Source: Blasia pusilla
Taxonomy: Eukaryota
Length of the DNA stretch: 64,000 bases
Direction: 5' to 3'
Assembly (NCBI GenBank): GCA_050084515.1
Contig: CM114271.1
Coordinates: 310,001-374,000, forward strand
Below the pieces are notes generated by a model. It had not been told where the DNA came from. It did no database searches and worked only from the letters and a program-made list of their open reading frames with translations. Positions within the stretch are counted from its first letter, which is position 1. The number at the start of each line of letters is the position of its first letter. Positions 1-12,199 of this stretch are shown one piece after another. The translations under genes and the position numbers were made by a program.

Positions 1-282
1 TCCAACTGTAGTCTGGCTACTCGGCTTCGATTCCACCACCACATCCCCTACCGCCTTTATTACCTCGCTTTGCCCTACTACCAAGTCCGAGTTCTCCCCC
101 GCTACCGGGAGTACCGAGCCATCCGCCCACACAGAGGCCCTCGCTGGTTGGCTCAGCTCTGTGAACTCGGGATAATCGAAATCATCGCCCTGTGTGTTAA
201 ACTCTAGAAAAGTGTACGCATCATCGTGCGCCTGCGTTGCTGCATCATACAAATTGTGCGCTGCTGCTGCCTGCGTCGCCAT
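1..282 (-). CDS. UPF1: UPF1 (regulator of nonsense transcripts 1, NMD RNA helicase), N-terminal coding part; continues past the left edge
   Basis: Open minus-strand frame from ATG at 282 to position 1, translated by hand: MATQAAAAHNLYDAATQAHDDAYTFLEFNTQGDDFDYPEFTELSQP... The YTFLEFNTQGxxFDY motif is characteristic of the plant UPF1 N-terminus. It is absent from the ORF track because it has no stop inside the window. Confidence 0.88.
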   Translation of the reverse strand, partial: MATQAAAAHNLYDAATQAHDDAYTFLEFNTQGDDFDYPEFTELSQPARASVWADGSVLPVAGENSDLVVGQSEVIKAVGDVVVESKPSSQTTVG

Positions 283-378
283 CTCCCCGTCCCTGTCTTT
301 CCTCGCCTTCGCATCCGTTCTTGTCACCTCTCCTTCAAATCTATGGCTATGGCTTCGAGAGCTTCCCACTCAGTCCCC

Positions 379-531
379 CTACCACCCCCCTCCCTTCCCC
401 GCAACCACGAAGGCTTTCCGCTGCTTTCCCTCCTCCTCTCTTCCTCCTCCTGTCTTGCCTTCCTCCGGCCTAACCTCGGGTCGTAACCTCAACTTGCTTC
501 TCGCCCCACCGCTCACTCGTCTACTCATCAT
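379..531 (-). promoter_or_regulatory. Putative 50-codon uORF in the UPF1 leader
   Basis: ATGATG at 531 reads MMSRRVSGGARSKLRLRPEVRPEEGKTGGGREEEGKQRKAFVVAGKGGGW to TAG at 381-379, in a purine-rich leader-like tract. Transcription start site unknown. Confidence 0.45.
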
Positions 532-1480
532 CCACCGCCTCTGGTCAGCGACCTACGGACACTTCAAATAAGACTAGTCCTTCGTTCGCCATTAAAGCCT
601 AGCTCGGATCGTAATCGCGGATTGGGCCGGCCGCTTTGTCATTCGTTTGTTCTCTCTCTCACGTTTGCTTACCGACGGCGGCCTCAAACAAACAAAACGT
701 GGAAGGTTTCTTTCGGGTAACAGGTCTATGCCAAATACTCCGACAAAACACGCTGGAGTCATACGAACAAATCTACCAATCTATTTCTTTGTGTTCCGTC
801 CCGCTCTCACACGTGTCTGTTCAAAATATACATTGTGACCTTGAGTGTCACATTTCGGTGATAAAAATCGATCGGTTATTCGCAGAGGGAGCACAGCATA
901 CAAATACATGTATACTATTAAAAAATCACATTGAAGCTTCTTTACTATTGGATGGAGATCCTCTTGGGAAGTGGATTTGTTAGATTTATTGTCATATTTT
1001 ATTGCATGTGTTTGTATATGCATGAAATTAACACTATAATTAAAAAAGTATGGAGTTAGAGAAACCCTCTTCAAATTGTTGACATATGTCCTTTCAGAAC
1101 TCCTCCCTTGTCGACATATGTCCGATTTAAGAGAAACAAACTAAATTCACATGGCAAGGATTTAATAGATGTCTAGAGTGTCTTTCCCCTCACCCCACTA
1201 GAGCGATCGTAGAGGTAAAAGATGCTAAGAAATCTTCACCTTCACATATGGCGGGCATTATGCATGTCTTGTGATTCCTTAGTTGTGTCGACATGCATGT
1301 ATACCTGTCATATTTATCTATTTATTTATATAAATAACGGAAGCAATCCACACCTTAGCTAACATGTATGTGAGCATTTTTTCATCCACAAATGTATTCA
1401 AATAATTTTGTGAGGTGTCTCAAGAAGGGCTAGGCAATTGCAAGAACTTACCTAGGTTAAGATCACTATCACTTTATACA

Positions 1481-1508
1481 TATGCATAGCACGAGCATTC
1501 TTACTAGT
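1481..1508 (+). mobile_element. Helitron-like 3' terminus remnant
   Basis: TGCATAGCACGAGCATTCTTA-CTAG-T: short hairpin followed by CTAG|T, the typical Helitron 3' end. Confidence 0.4.
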
Positions 1509-3651
1509 ATCCAAAAAAATTGTTTCTACTTCGTCATAGTTTGTTGGGTCATAAGGCAAGGATGGAAACCAAGAATGGCAAGGGAAAAATCCAACACCAT
1601 GCACAAGAGAAGAAATTTCCAAAGTGGAGAATGGAAATCATTTTTTGAGAGGCCATTTTCACACTAATGTTTTTTATTACTATTTTTGGTGTTTTTTGGC
1701 CCTTTTGTTGGTAAGACTTACTAGACAACCTTTCTCATTAATATTTCCTATCAAAAATAGATGAGAGGTGTTTGGACACATTATTTCAATTCTAAATATT
1801 ATTAAGCACGTGAACATTTCCATTTTGATATTTTATGTGCTTTCATCCAATGAAAATATAACATGTGTGTAGCCTTTTGATACATTTCTCTATTTGAGAG
1901 TGTAACATGCGAGAAGCATACGAAAATAACAACAAAGATATTAGTCAACATGCTATGAAAATTCTACAAAAAAATTTATCCATATGTTTAAGTACACCTT
2001 TTCGGAAAAAGATTATCAAAATTTTAAATAACACACTCTTTTTTCTTCTCCAAAAAATCTCCATATAGAATTTCACATCCAAAATGACCTCCATAACTTG
2101 AAGGTGTATGAATCCTTTTTTCAATAACACAAAATATAATTCAACATAAGACACTTCGTACATTTGGAAATAAATTCCCAATTTGTTGTTGAGTTGCATC
2201 TTAATCCCTCGTAATTCTTATATTAATATCCCAATGAATAAGGAATGATATATACATTCAATATCTTCGCATATATTTGTCCTGACCTTTGGGGTCATTT
2301 ACAATATTTGTTTTTTTCATACGACCCATATTCAACCCTTGCACTAACTATTGGCATGCGGATTCTAAACCCGAAATAGAGCAATAATCCTCCGTCCGAC
2401 CACTATTGTGGGGCTCTAAAGAAACCTTCAAGAATTGTCATGAACCTTGAGACATTAGAAAAACTACTATCATGGTCAAGTTTAAAAGTGAGAGGATACA
2501 AGATGAAAGGTTGGGAAAGTGGCTTTGCAATTAAATTCCTCTTATGACTATATTTCCATCATGTGTAAAACCATCTCCCACTCTTTTGCTCTCACATATT
2601 AAAAAAAAAATTATCCTGATGGACAACCAACATTGTTAGTTATAATCCTTCACCCTTCTTCTCTTACGTTTGCCTATCTAATAAAATTTACCCATATGTG
2701 GTTCCAACATAAGCACGTGCGCATCTAGTGCTTTCTACACTCGAGCAATTTTACCATCCCCACAAATTATTCTACCTTGCCCTCACAAATAGATTCACAA
2801 CTTCTACAATAAGATGCTAATATAGTAGGTGCATTTGATGTTGGTGAGATTATGTCCATCTTTGCATTTATGAAGTCCTCCTCTATGTGTACTCATATCT
2901 ATTATCTTCGTAAGCTAATCCCTAACGTCTTGTTCCAAACAGATTTTATACTTTTCTACATTCCATGACCTTGTTGGAGGACTATCGTATATTTTAATTA
3001 CAACACTAGTAATGTACCCATGTGTTTCTGTTTCTCAACTTCAAATGCCCACTAGAAACTCTGGAAATATGGAAGAATTTACAATCAATTCCTTGGATAA
3101 GTTGAGTTTTTTCATGTTCAAATGAATTGAATCCTTTCACCACACAACTGTGCAATGCCTTTTAGGCCACTTCTATAATTCTTGGGAATTCTTCTAATCC
3201 AATTTATGATAAATGTAGTAATTCCTTAAAAAAATAGGAGCAATGCAAATATATTTACCTTCTTCTTGAAATTACTCAACCTAGCGGTATCCTTAATATT
3301 TGCTAGATATTCCCTCTTATAGGGAATCTTCCTAAAATCAAAATTTTCATCCAAAATCCACTTGAGTCTCTTCCTTCGCATAAAGTGTCACTTTTATGAC
3401 AATGAATTTGAAAGTTGCTTATTCTGCCAAGTAAGCTTCTTCAATACAGCAGACTCTATGGCATAATTCCTCTCTAACTTGAGTCCTATAGCTTCTTTAA
3501 TTGTAAAAATTATAAAAAAATCATCACCTGACATCTATATGGTTAATGTTAGGTGATGATTCAACTGCTTTTTAAAAACATTTTTTATTTTTAACACTAT
3601 AAATACCATATGGGATATTCACAATACTCTTTGTCCATTGTAATCTATAAT

Positions 3652-3680
3652 ACTAGTAAGCTGCACGTGCTATGCACAAG
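3652..3680 (-). mobile_element. Helitron-like 3' terminus remnant (second copy)
   Basis: Minus strand reads CTTGTGCATAGCACGTGCAGCTTA-CTAG-T, with the same GCATAGCACG core as at 1481. Confidence 0.4.
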
Positions 3681-6455
3681 AAATATATAAGTGTTTGAGG
3701 AGCTAATGTATAGCACGTGCAAGTAATAGATTAATGATACTACACATAAATTCAAATTTGTTTTTTTTGCCCGTAGCATGTGAAACCTTTTCTTGCCGCC
3801 CATTTGCCACATGTCAAGCATAGAGGTGTTTGCAAATCAAGAAGGAAATCTCCTATAATAATTTAGATTATTGGTGATGGGAATTTTAGCAACAAACATC
3901 TCTATGCTTCATACTTGTCCTTTTAGGTGGCCTGTGCTTTTGACACTTCTCCTCTCTAAATGTTTAGTTCCATCTAACTAAGATGGAAAACCGAGCAAGA
4001 TGAAGGTCAGAGATCTCCATATGGCTCTTCTTTCACATGTGTTAAGCATGTGAATATGGTATTATTAGATAACATTCTCTGGTTATTGGCCTAAAGTCAT
4101 CCCTAACACTTTTTAAATATCTCTCTTGTATACTTCCCTTCTTTGGCGTGCCTTATGCTATGTTCATAAGTTAACGTAAGTTCAAGACTAGCTTTCACTC
4201 TATTTCTTTTATTTCAATTGCAGATTTTTGTTTTTATTTTGCTTCATACTATTAAAATTAGGGAGCTTGGTTCAAGTAGCCTACCAAGAGGATAACATTG
4301 TATAAGCAAAGATACTTATGGAATGTCGATGAGACACAATGTTTAGTGCCTCGTATATTCCCCTCTCTTCGTGGTAAGTGATCTAGTAAGGGGATCCTAT
4401 CCTCTTATTGTCAACTTAGGTAAGACATAGTTCAATACATATCTAAGTTGAATAAAACATGAGCGGTTACATAAGATAATCATATGATTTTCTTCATTCT
4501 TCAAGGTCTTGAAAAAGGTTAAAAGTCTTTTAAGAACTATATTTATGTGAGAGAGAAATATTTAACTTTTTAAGAATTAGCCCAAGAATTAATTAGTTAG
4601 GAGATGCACCTAGTTGGCAACAATAACTCGCCAAATATGCAAAAGAGCATCCTATTTGTAAATGATAAATCAAATAGAGGTAGAGGTCCAAATAGAAGAT
4701 TTCATGGTCGTAACGGATATCCACAGATAGAGAAAGAGCCATCTGACATAATTTAACTTTGTCACATCTGAGTAGCCGATAGGCCGAGATCTATCGTGGA
4801 TAGGGCGTAGGAGCCAGCGGACTATCTTGAGTGTAACTTTGTCCCACGGTGTCGGATGAGGTTGAGGATAAGTCCATTGTGTCAGGAACGTCGTTTCTGA
4901 CAACTTTCATGTTGAGATCTTTTACAGCCGGATGATTTGTTGACCAGGTCACCCGCCCCTGGTAACTTGTGCGCGCAGGTTATCAAGGGAAGGGCTATTT
5001 TTAGGGAAAGAGCCTTTTGGCTCTTCCCAACCCTATATAAGAGAGGAAGATGGCTTTCCTAAGCCATCTTTCTCATGTTGGGCCGTTGGAGCACCTCCCT
5101 TGTATGTGTGTGAGCTAGGAATAGGGTGCTAGCGTCCGGATTCCTTTATAGCACAGGGTGGATGAAGCTCGATATGCCGATGTAGATTGAGGAGTGGAGT
5201 TTTAGGTCGGGTGTGCCGTTTTTACTACTCTTTATTTTTACATGAGAAAGATGTCAGGGGGCTGGTGGGAATTCGTTGTTTGCAGGTAGGCAAGCGAGTT
5301 GCCTTGGTCGGGAGCCCCTGGAGACGTGTGTGTGACGTTTTGTGTCATTTTTCTGTTCGGAAGGCCGTGGGCGGAAGCGCTGTCTGTTTTTCTCAGATTT
5401 TGCTGGTGCGGATTGATGGGGGACAACAGCCGAGTGTAGCGTGTGGTGGGGCGTCGGGTGTATGCAAGTGAGGGTGTCGAGAGAGAGAAGAAAGGAAGGT
5501 TTGGGCTTGCAGCCGCCGGGGGCTGTTAAGTAAAGACGGCTAGCTAGGTCGCGGCCGGGCTAGGGTTAGGTCGCGGGCGAGGGACGCGGACGGCAGACGG
5601 GCTGGCCAAGCCCTCCCCCGCATTTAGGGCCCAAGGGGCCCGCATAGGGCCGCCGACCCAAGTTCTCCCCAAGTTCTCCCCCCCTCTCCAACGTGGTAGC
5701 ACCGACCATAGTCGGTCGGACAGTTGTAGCGAACGTGGTTGGTAGCACGGACGAGGTCGGTCAGGCAAACGCGGTGACGCATGGGCAACGTGATGGCAGG
5801 GAGGACGTCGACGTGTTGAGTGAATGACAAGGTGAACAGCGGGCGTGACATGATGTTTTGGGGGCGCGATAGGGCGTTGCGAGAGTTTACGATGGAGGGG
5901 CAGTGTGCATGATGCCGACGGGTTGACCGCATCTGTTGACGGGAGGACCGACGTGTTGGTCGAGGGGAGTGTTATGTTGCGGAGATTGTCATATCATGTG
6001 GAGGAGTGCATATTGACGGTGCAGCAGGTTGGAGGGCGTGATCAGGTTACCCATTCGAGTCCCTTTTCCCGCACTTGTCGTGTGTGATTGAGAGTGCTGG
6101 GTATCGGGTAGTAGCTGGTGCTAGATGGGTGCATTGATGGTGACGAGTGTAGATTCTTTTCATGTGTAGCATGTTGGTGGATATACGGCGGTTGCCGAGT
6201 AGGGGTCGCGTGTATGACCCGAGAGAGTGTCGCTAGGTTAGGTGAGTTAGTTGGGAGGCTCATGGTGAGCCCGAGTGTTGAGCGTGCGTGAGGCCGGGTA
6301 TGTCATCACGGGATTGACGTTAGCATAGGTGAGCTAGTGAGGCGTGTGGGAGACTCTCGGTGAGTCTGAGTGCTTGAGCGGGTGAGACAGGGTTTGTCAT
6401 CACGGCGTTCTGCCAGGGTTCGGAAGAACGGGGTAGTGCGAGCAGTGGTAGTGGT

Positions 6456-8285
6456 GTGACACGCAGTGGAGTGAGATACCGAGGGGTTACCAGTGAGGAG
6501 CTCCCTCGACATCCATCCGTGACTGGATCGTCATCACTGGACACTGGTCTTGGTGACGAGATTACCGAGAGAGACAGTAGTACTTTGCAGGAGATGGACG
6601 ACATGGGCCATCGGGGCATGCGTTGTTTCTCAGGTGCAGTGGGCACCATCGACTTAGATGATTTCATCCAAGAGTTCGACACATGGTGCAACTTCTAGGA
6701 GATACGGACCCCGACACGGTTCAACCCTTTCATGGCATGGAAGGGGTTGTTCCAGCACTTGGAGGGTCCTCCGATGGATGACTACATGGAGTTTCGATCA
6801 CTATATTCAATAGAGATCGATGCCTGGAGGATATATTGGGCTCCAGGGTATGTGTCCACTAGTGGTCGCGAGGCATATGATGGGATTGTGAGAGGAGAGA
6901 GACCCACACCAGCAGCCCGGAGACTAGATGGAGAGGAGGGCAGTGAGACAGGTGATGTGGCAGAGACCTCTGGTGGTAGAGGGCCACCCAGCTTTAGCCC
7001 CACAGTGGAGTTCTTCCGACAGTTGGGGAAGAGCTACCAGGGCGTACGCACCGACAAGCTGAAGAGTCTACAGGATTTTCAACGACGATCGGGTGAGAGA
7101 CTGAGATAATCATTCACACGCATAAGGAGGCTGATCATTGCTACGTTTGGAGTGACTGAGGCGCAGTCAGTCAACATGAGTGAGGAGCAGGTAGTGACCG
7201 CTGGATTTTCTCGAGAGTCGACGGGTCCACGAGCGCCGGTGACCCCACAGGTGCAACAGCGAGCACCAGTACCACGGGAGCGGGCCAGTGTGCCTAGAGA
7301 GCAGGGCGGGTACCGTGAGCCTATGAGGCAACGACCCGCACCTACATATGTTGCCCAGTAGGGACCGATGTGGTCTTGTTGGACGTGTGGAGGGGCCCAT
7401 AGGCAGAGAGAGGCGCCTGGCCTAGAGAGGACCACGGCGCCTCCGATTGCTCAGGAGCCATAGAGGATGGCCCCACCACAGCACAAGTGTGACCATTGCC
7501 ACAGATATGGTCACACTAGGGATAGATGTTTTGACCTTCGACGAGGGGCACGTCCAGAGGTAGGCCGAGGGCCTCGGGGCGGTCGTCCTGGAGGAGGTCG
7601 GGGAGTTCTTCCTGGACGTGGTGGTAGAGGACCACCACCAGCTAGAGGAGATGGAGCACGAGCACTAGAGCCGGCGCTTCTCTCACGCATCGATCAGTTG
7701 GAGCAGAGGATTGCTACCATGACGATGATGCAGCTTAGGGAAGGCACAGAGCTGCGAGCAGCTAGTGTGACTCCAGTCTCTACCTCTTACCCTGAACCGG
7801 GTGAGGATCTCTCTAGTATGGGATTCATGTGTAGTGTAGCCTTGGTTGAGGCAGCTGCAGTGGTGACTCGGGGTGCTGCGAGAGGCACCGAGCCATCGAG
7901 AAGTGGAGTTGAGATTGACCCACCAGAGGGGAGCGATGGGCGGCAGGCCAGGGTTCCACAATCGTTCACATTGTCGGAGGCACTACACACACCATCGATG
8001 GTGCCTCGACGACCAGCGGTGCCTACAGTTCAGGCACCTACGTCGACGTCACGAGGAGTTGGAGTGAGAACTCCTATGCCGGCTCGAGTGGAGTCAGCGT
8101 CGACCATAGTGTTGGAGATGACCACTAGAGTGAGTCAGACTACGCTATTTTCCGCCATAGAGTTGGCGACGTTGGGAGTTGGACCAATTGAGGTGTTCCG
8201 GTTGGCCGCCACATTGTATGAGCGTGGAGAGATGACTGCTTCTTGTTCAGAGGTAGTTGAGGAGGTGGTGGACTTGCCCTCATAG
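6456..8285 (+). pseudogene. Gypsy Gag with two zinc knuckles, disrupted
   Basis: TRSGVRY start, DDFIQEFDTWC, a degenerate CWTCGGAH knuckle, CDHCHRYGHTRDRC (CCHC) and an RG-rich tail. Several in-frame TAG stops. Confidence 0.75.
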
Positions 8286-8379
8286 CCTGTGCTTGGGACG
8301 TTCCCCAAAGAGTCATGGCATGCGGCGGCGGCAAAGTTGGTAGATATGCCAGCTCTACCAGCCATACAGCGAGCAGTGG

Positions 8380-8830
8380 TGACACTGGAGTAGTGTTACT
8401 GGATAACCGAGCTCGAGTATTTCGCTTGGTTAGTCCGACGGGGACGGTATACCACCCGTTGCGCGTCCTACTTGATTTGGGAGCGCAACCCTTGATGTTA
8501 GGGAAGGCGGCGTGTTTAGCGTTGGGGTTACGGAAGGCCGACATTGAGCCTTGTCCCTTCCAGATCTGAGACCTCGATTGGGGCGTATCACCCACTCGAG
8601 ATATGACTCGACATGAGATTGTTGTCGAGTCCAAGAGAGCATGCGACGGATAGTGCTATGGTGCGCACGCGTGCGATTACGACACCACCGAGTAAATGCG
8701 ATGTGTTGGTGGGGAGTACAGTGTTATATCCCCTAGGATTCATCCTTGACTTCTGGGAGGAAACCGTTGCTTATCGGCCAGGATGGCGGTCAGGTGACGG
8801 CCGGATGAGTCAGTTACCCGTGCAGTTTGC
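8380..8830 (+). pseudogene. Retropepsin-like aspartic protease of the gypsy element
   Basis: RVLLDLGAQPLMLG (DSG motif with a probable TCG>TTG change), followed by DVLVGSTVLYPLGFILDF. Confidence 0.7.
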
Positions 8831-9183
8831 GGGACGAGGTGGTCGATCACGAGGCGAGTCTGTGACCACGTTGGCGGCTTTCACATGGAGTGTTAGATGG
8901 CTAGGAGAGTTGTTGGAGGGGAACGCACATGCGGAGGATGTCCCAGTAGCGGATAGTCCCACGGAGAGACAGGCCATGGCGGGTGTCTCTTCCCATGTTG
9001 GCGAGGCCTCTTCACCATTGTGGGGTACGACTCGAGAGCTACAGAGGAGTGCCGACGACCTCGTGAGGCAAGCGTGGAGTCATGTTTTTATCCTAGAGCA
9101 GCGAGAGTCACGTGGCGATCGGGCTCTTGGAGTGGAGACGATGACCCCACTAGATACCACACTTGTTGTGTGGCAGTGCCAAG

Positions 9184-10159
9184 AGGAGGGTGTTAGATCT
9201 CTTCGGAGGGATTAGCACCGGATTGGCTGCCATATTGCAGGCGGGCATACGGGTGCATCAGTACCTTTATGTGGAGAGAGATGACACCGCGCGGCGAGTA
9301 TCATTACGTCACTTGGCGAGATTGGTCCAGAGGTATGTTGAGTTGTTGTCGGTATCTGCAGTACGGGGATACCAGCATACGCTACCCGCCGATATCTCTT
9401 TGGTGGGGGTGCAGGATCTGGATAGAGTTGGCACCATTCATTTGGTGATTGCTGGATGGCCATGTCAGGGTCATTCATCAGCTGGCCGAGGATTTGGATT
9501 GCAGGATCCGAGGTCAGGGATGTTTTGGGAGATGCTGCGAGTATTACGACACTTGCAGGAGAGTCAAATATGTAATCCAGCGTACATTTTGAGTGTCGTT
9601 GTTGGGAGACACTCGTGCACGTGTGATGACGAGTGTACATCAGGTGAGGTCCTGGTTGGGACTTGCTGTGTTGTTAGATGTAGCGAGAGTTGGGTCACGT
9701 GCCCATCGTCCACGACTATGGTGGACGAACCTGATACCATCAAAGGTATTGAGTCAAGCCTACAGTGGAGTCCAGAGAGCACCACATCTCACAGTGGATG
9801 CTATTTTGGGCTCAGGGCGTCGATCTCAGGTGGTGACACGGGATGATAGACCACTGTTGGCCATGGCCAATAGGGTGGGGGAGTTGAGGGCAGCCTTACC
9901 TACGTTGGTGAGCTTCCCAGCATCCCATGCCTTTCGTCAGGGAGGGCCAGGCATGATTTGGGATGAGGTGACCGGAGCATTGGAGGAGCCTACAGCAAAT
10001 GAGCGCGAGCGCGCCATGGGGTTTACCACCGGTACTACGGCGGTGCCAGGGATGACTGAGGGATCACGGAGACAGGTGTTGGGGCAGGCGATGGACCTCA
10101 AGAGTCTCACATGGATAGTCAGCCTAGGTATGGCTGAGCACAGACGGATGCGAGTGTGA
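9184..10159 (+). pseudogene. DNMT3-like C5 cytosine DNA methyltransferase domain inside the gypsy polyprotein (frameshifted)
   Basis: Motif I RVLDLFGGI, motif II YVERD, catalytic motif IV AGWPCQ, motif VI (ENV) broken by a small frameshifting deletion at about 9590, motif VIII AHRPRLWWTNL, motif IX ERERAMGF, motif X RRQVLGQAM. Confidence 0.9.
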
Positions 10160-10429
10160 TCCATGCCGTCACATCCACGAGTTGGACCATTTCCTACAGG
10201 GTCTGTACAGGCATTGGCTGGGGGCGAGACGAGGAGAGATAGGCACCCATGGACTTCCTAGGACGTCGTTCGAGCAGAGAGTGCGAAGGCGGCTAGAGTA
10301 GCACATATTCATTTTTTGGATGAGGAGCATGGTGTAGGAGGTCAGAGTGGAGTGGCTCTTGTGGAGGTGTCTAGGATTGCTACATAGCAACCAAAGTCGG
10401 AGGTTTCATCCTCTCCGAGTGAGGTCACG

Positions 10430-12120
10430 ATGGAGACTTGGGAGCCTGTGATAGGTCTCAAGTTGATAGGAGGAGAGCGACGGCGAGTTCATAGGTTTCT
10501 GAGAGGGCATGTCAGTTGTTTTGCCTTCAGTATGAGAGACTTGGGTATGCTAAAGGGTCCCGGGATACGGATTGAGTTGGCTAGTGATACGCCAATCTTT
10601 CGTCAACCCTACAGGTATTCTGATATGGAGCGAGCCTTGATTCAGAGCAAGAGTCAAGACTTGTTGGAGGCAGGACTTGTGGAGTTATCACATGGGGAGT
10701 ATGCATCTGCCATAGTCATGCCGGCGAAGAAGGATATGTATGGCAATTGGACAGATAGGCGGATGTGTGGAGATTACCGTCCTATCAACCGACAGACGAG
10801 GTCAGATCGGTATGCCATGCCTACTCCTGAGGAGATCTTTGATGCGGTAGGGCATGCAAAGATCTTCAGTACTTTAGATCTCCGTGCTGGCTATCATCAA
10901 CTTCCTATATGGTTGGAGGACAAGGAGAAGACAACATTCTGGGGGATAGATCGGTTCGGGAGAGATTGCTTGTATCAGTGGTGGTTCTTACCATTTGGAT
11001 TGAAGAACGCGCCTGCGGAGTTTCAGAGAGTGATGGATAGGATTCTGGCTGGCTTGGATTTTGTACGATGTTACATAGATGATATTCTTATCTTCAGTTC
11101 CACGGTTGAGGAGCATGAGCGACACTTGAAGGAGGTATTTCGGAGATTGCAGTTACATGGACTGAAGTTACATCCAGGCAAGTGCAGATTCTTTCAGGAG
11201 CAGATTGAGTACTTGGGACACACCATATACCCGAGTGGGTTAGGCGTTCAGCAGACGAAGGTAGAGGCTATTGCGCACATTCCACGCCCTACAGATGTGA
11301 GTCGAGTCCGAGCATTTCTTGGACTGGCGAACTTCTATCGACGGTATGTCAAGGGTTTTAGTGCGATCACAAAGTCTTTGACCTTGTTGACGAGACTTGA
11401 TCAGGTGTGGTTGTGGGGAGATGATCAAGAGCGAGCATTTCAGAGCTCAGGACAAAGTTGACGTCCTCACCCATTTCTGAGAGACCGGTTAGGGGTCGCC
11501 CATTCCAGTTACATACGGATTGGAGCATGTTGGGTCTAGGAGCAGTGCTTACTCAGAGGGATGACGAGGAGAGGGAGTTCGTTGTGGCTTACGCGAGCCG
11601 ATCGAACAACATTGCAGAGGCGAAGTACATCTCCTACGAGGGAGAGTGCTTGGCTACAGTGTGGGCCGTGGCACATTTTAGGTGCTATTTATTCGGCAAC
11701 CCTTTCACACTTATCACTAATCATCAGCCGTTTAGGTGGTTGATGGAGTCCGACAAGCTTACGGGAAAGCTTGCCATGTGGGCTCTATTACTACACGAGT
11801 ATGAATTCGAGGTGGTTCATAGGCCAAGTCCGCTGAACCAGAATGCGGATGGGTTCAGTCGTAACCCATGTCCGAGTCAGAGAGATGTCACAGGAGCTCG
11901 ATGGCACGGAGAGAGTGATGAGGAGATGGTGCCCGGTTGGCATGCATCCGCCTATCTTTGTTGGTTGACTATGGCAGGTGAGCCACAGGTGATGACTCCA
12001 GTGGTGGGATTGGATGATGAGTCTTTGGATTCGGAGGTTAGTGAGGAGGCGACAGGTGGTCGTGATATCCATGACGACGTGGAGGTTGTGGAGTTCTTGC
12101 GACCTTTGGCGTCATTGTAG
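10430..12120 (+). pseudogene. Gypsy reverse transcriptase and RNase H
   Basis: RMCGDYRPIN, FSTLDLRAGYHQ, PFGLKNAPAEFQR and YIDD; RNase H LHTDWSMLGLGAVL...YEGECLA...NQNADGFSR. Frameshift at about 11455. Confidence 0.93.
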
Positions 12121-12199
12121 TACAATGAGTGCTAGGGAGCGGGATCGGATCCTACAGAGAGCCAAGAGGTTCAGGTGGGAGGGGACTCACATTTTAGGG

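Noticed and set aside
194-571. Plus-strand Ser/Pro/Leu-rich ORFs
   Set aside because: They are antisense shadows of the UPF1 start and its purine-rich leader.
9184-10159. Host DNMT gene or bacterial restriction-modification contaminant
   Set aside because: It is intronless, embedded between gypsy protease and RT with the same composition and decay, and has no neighbouring endonuclease.
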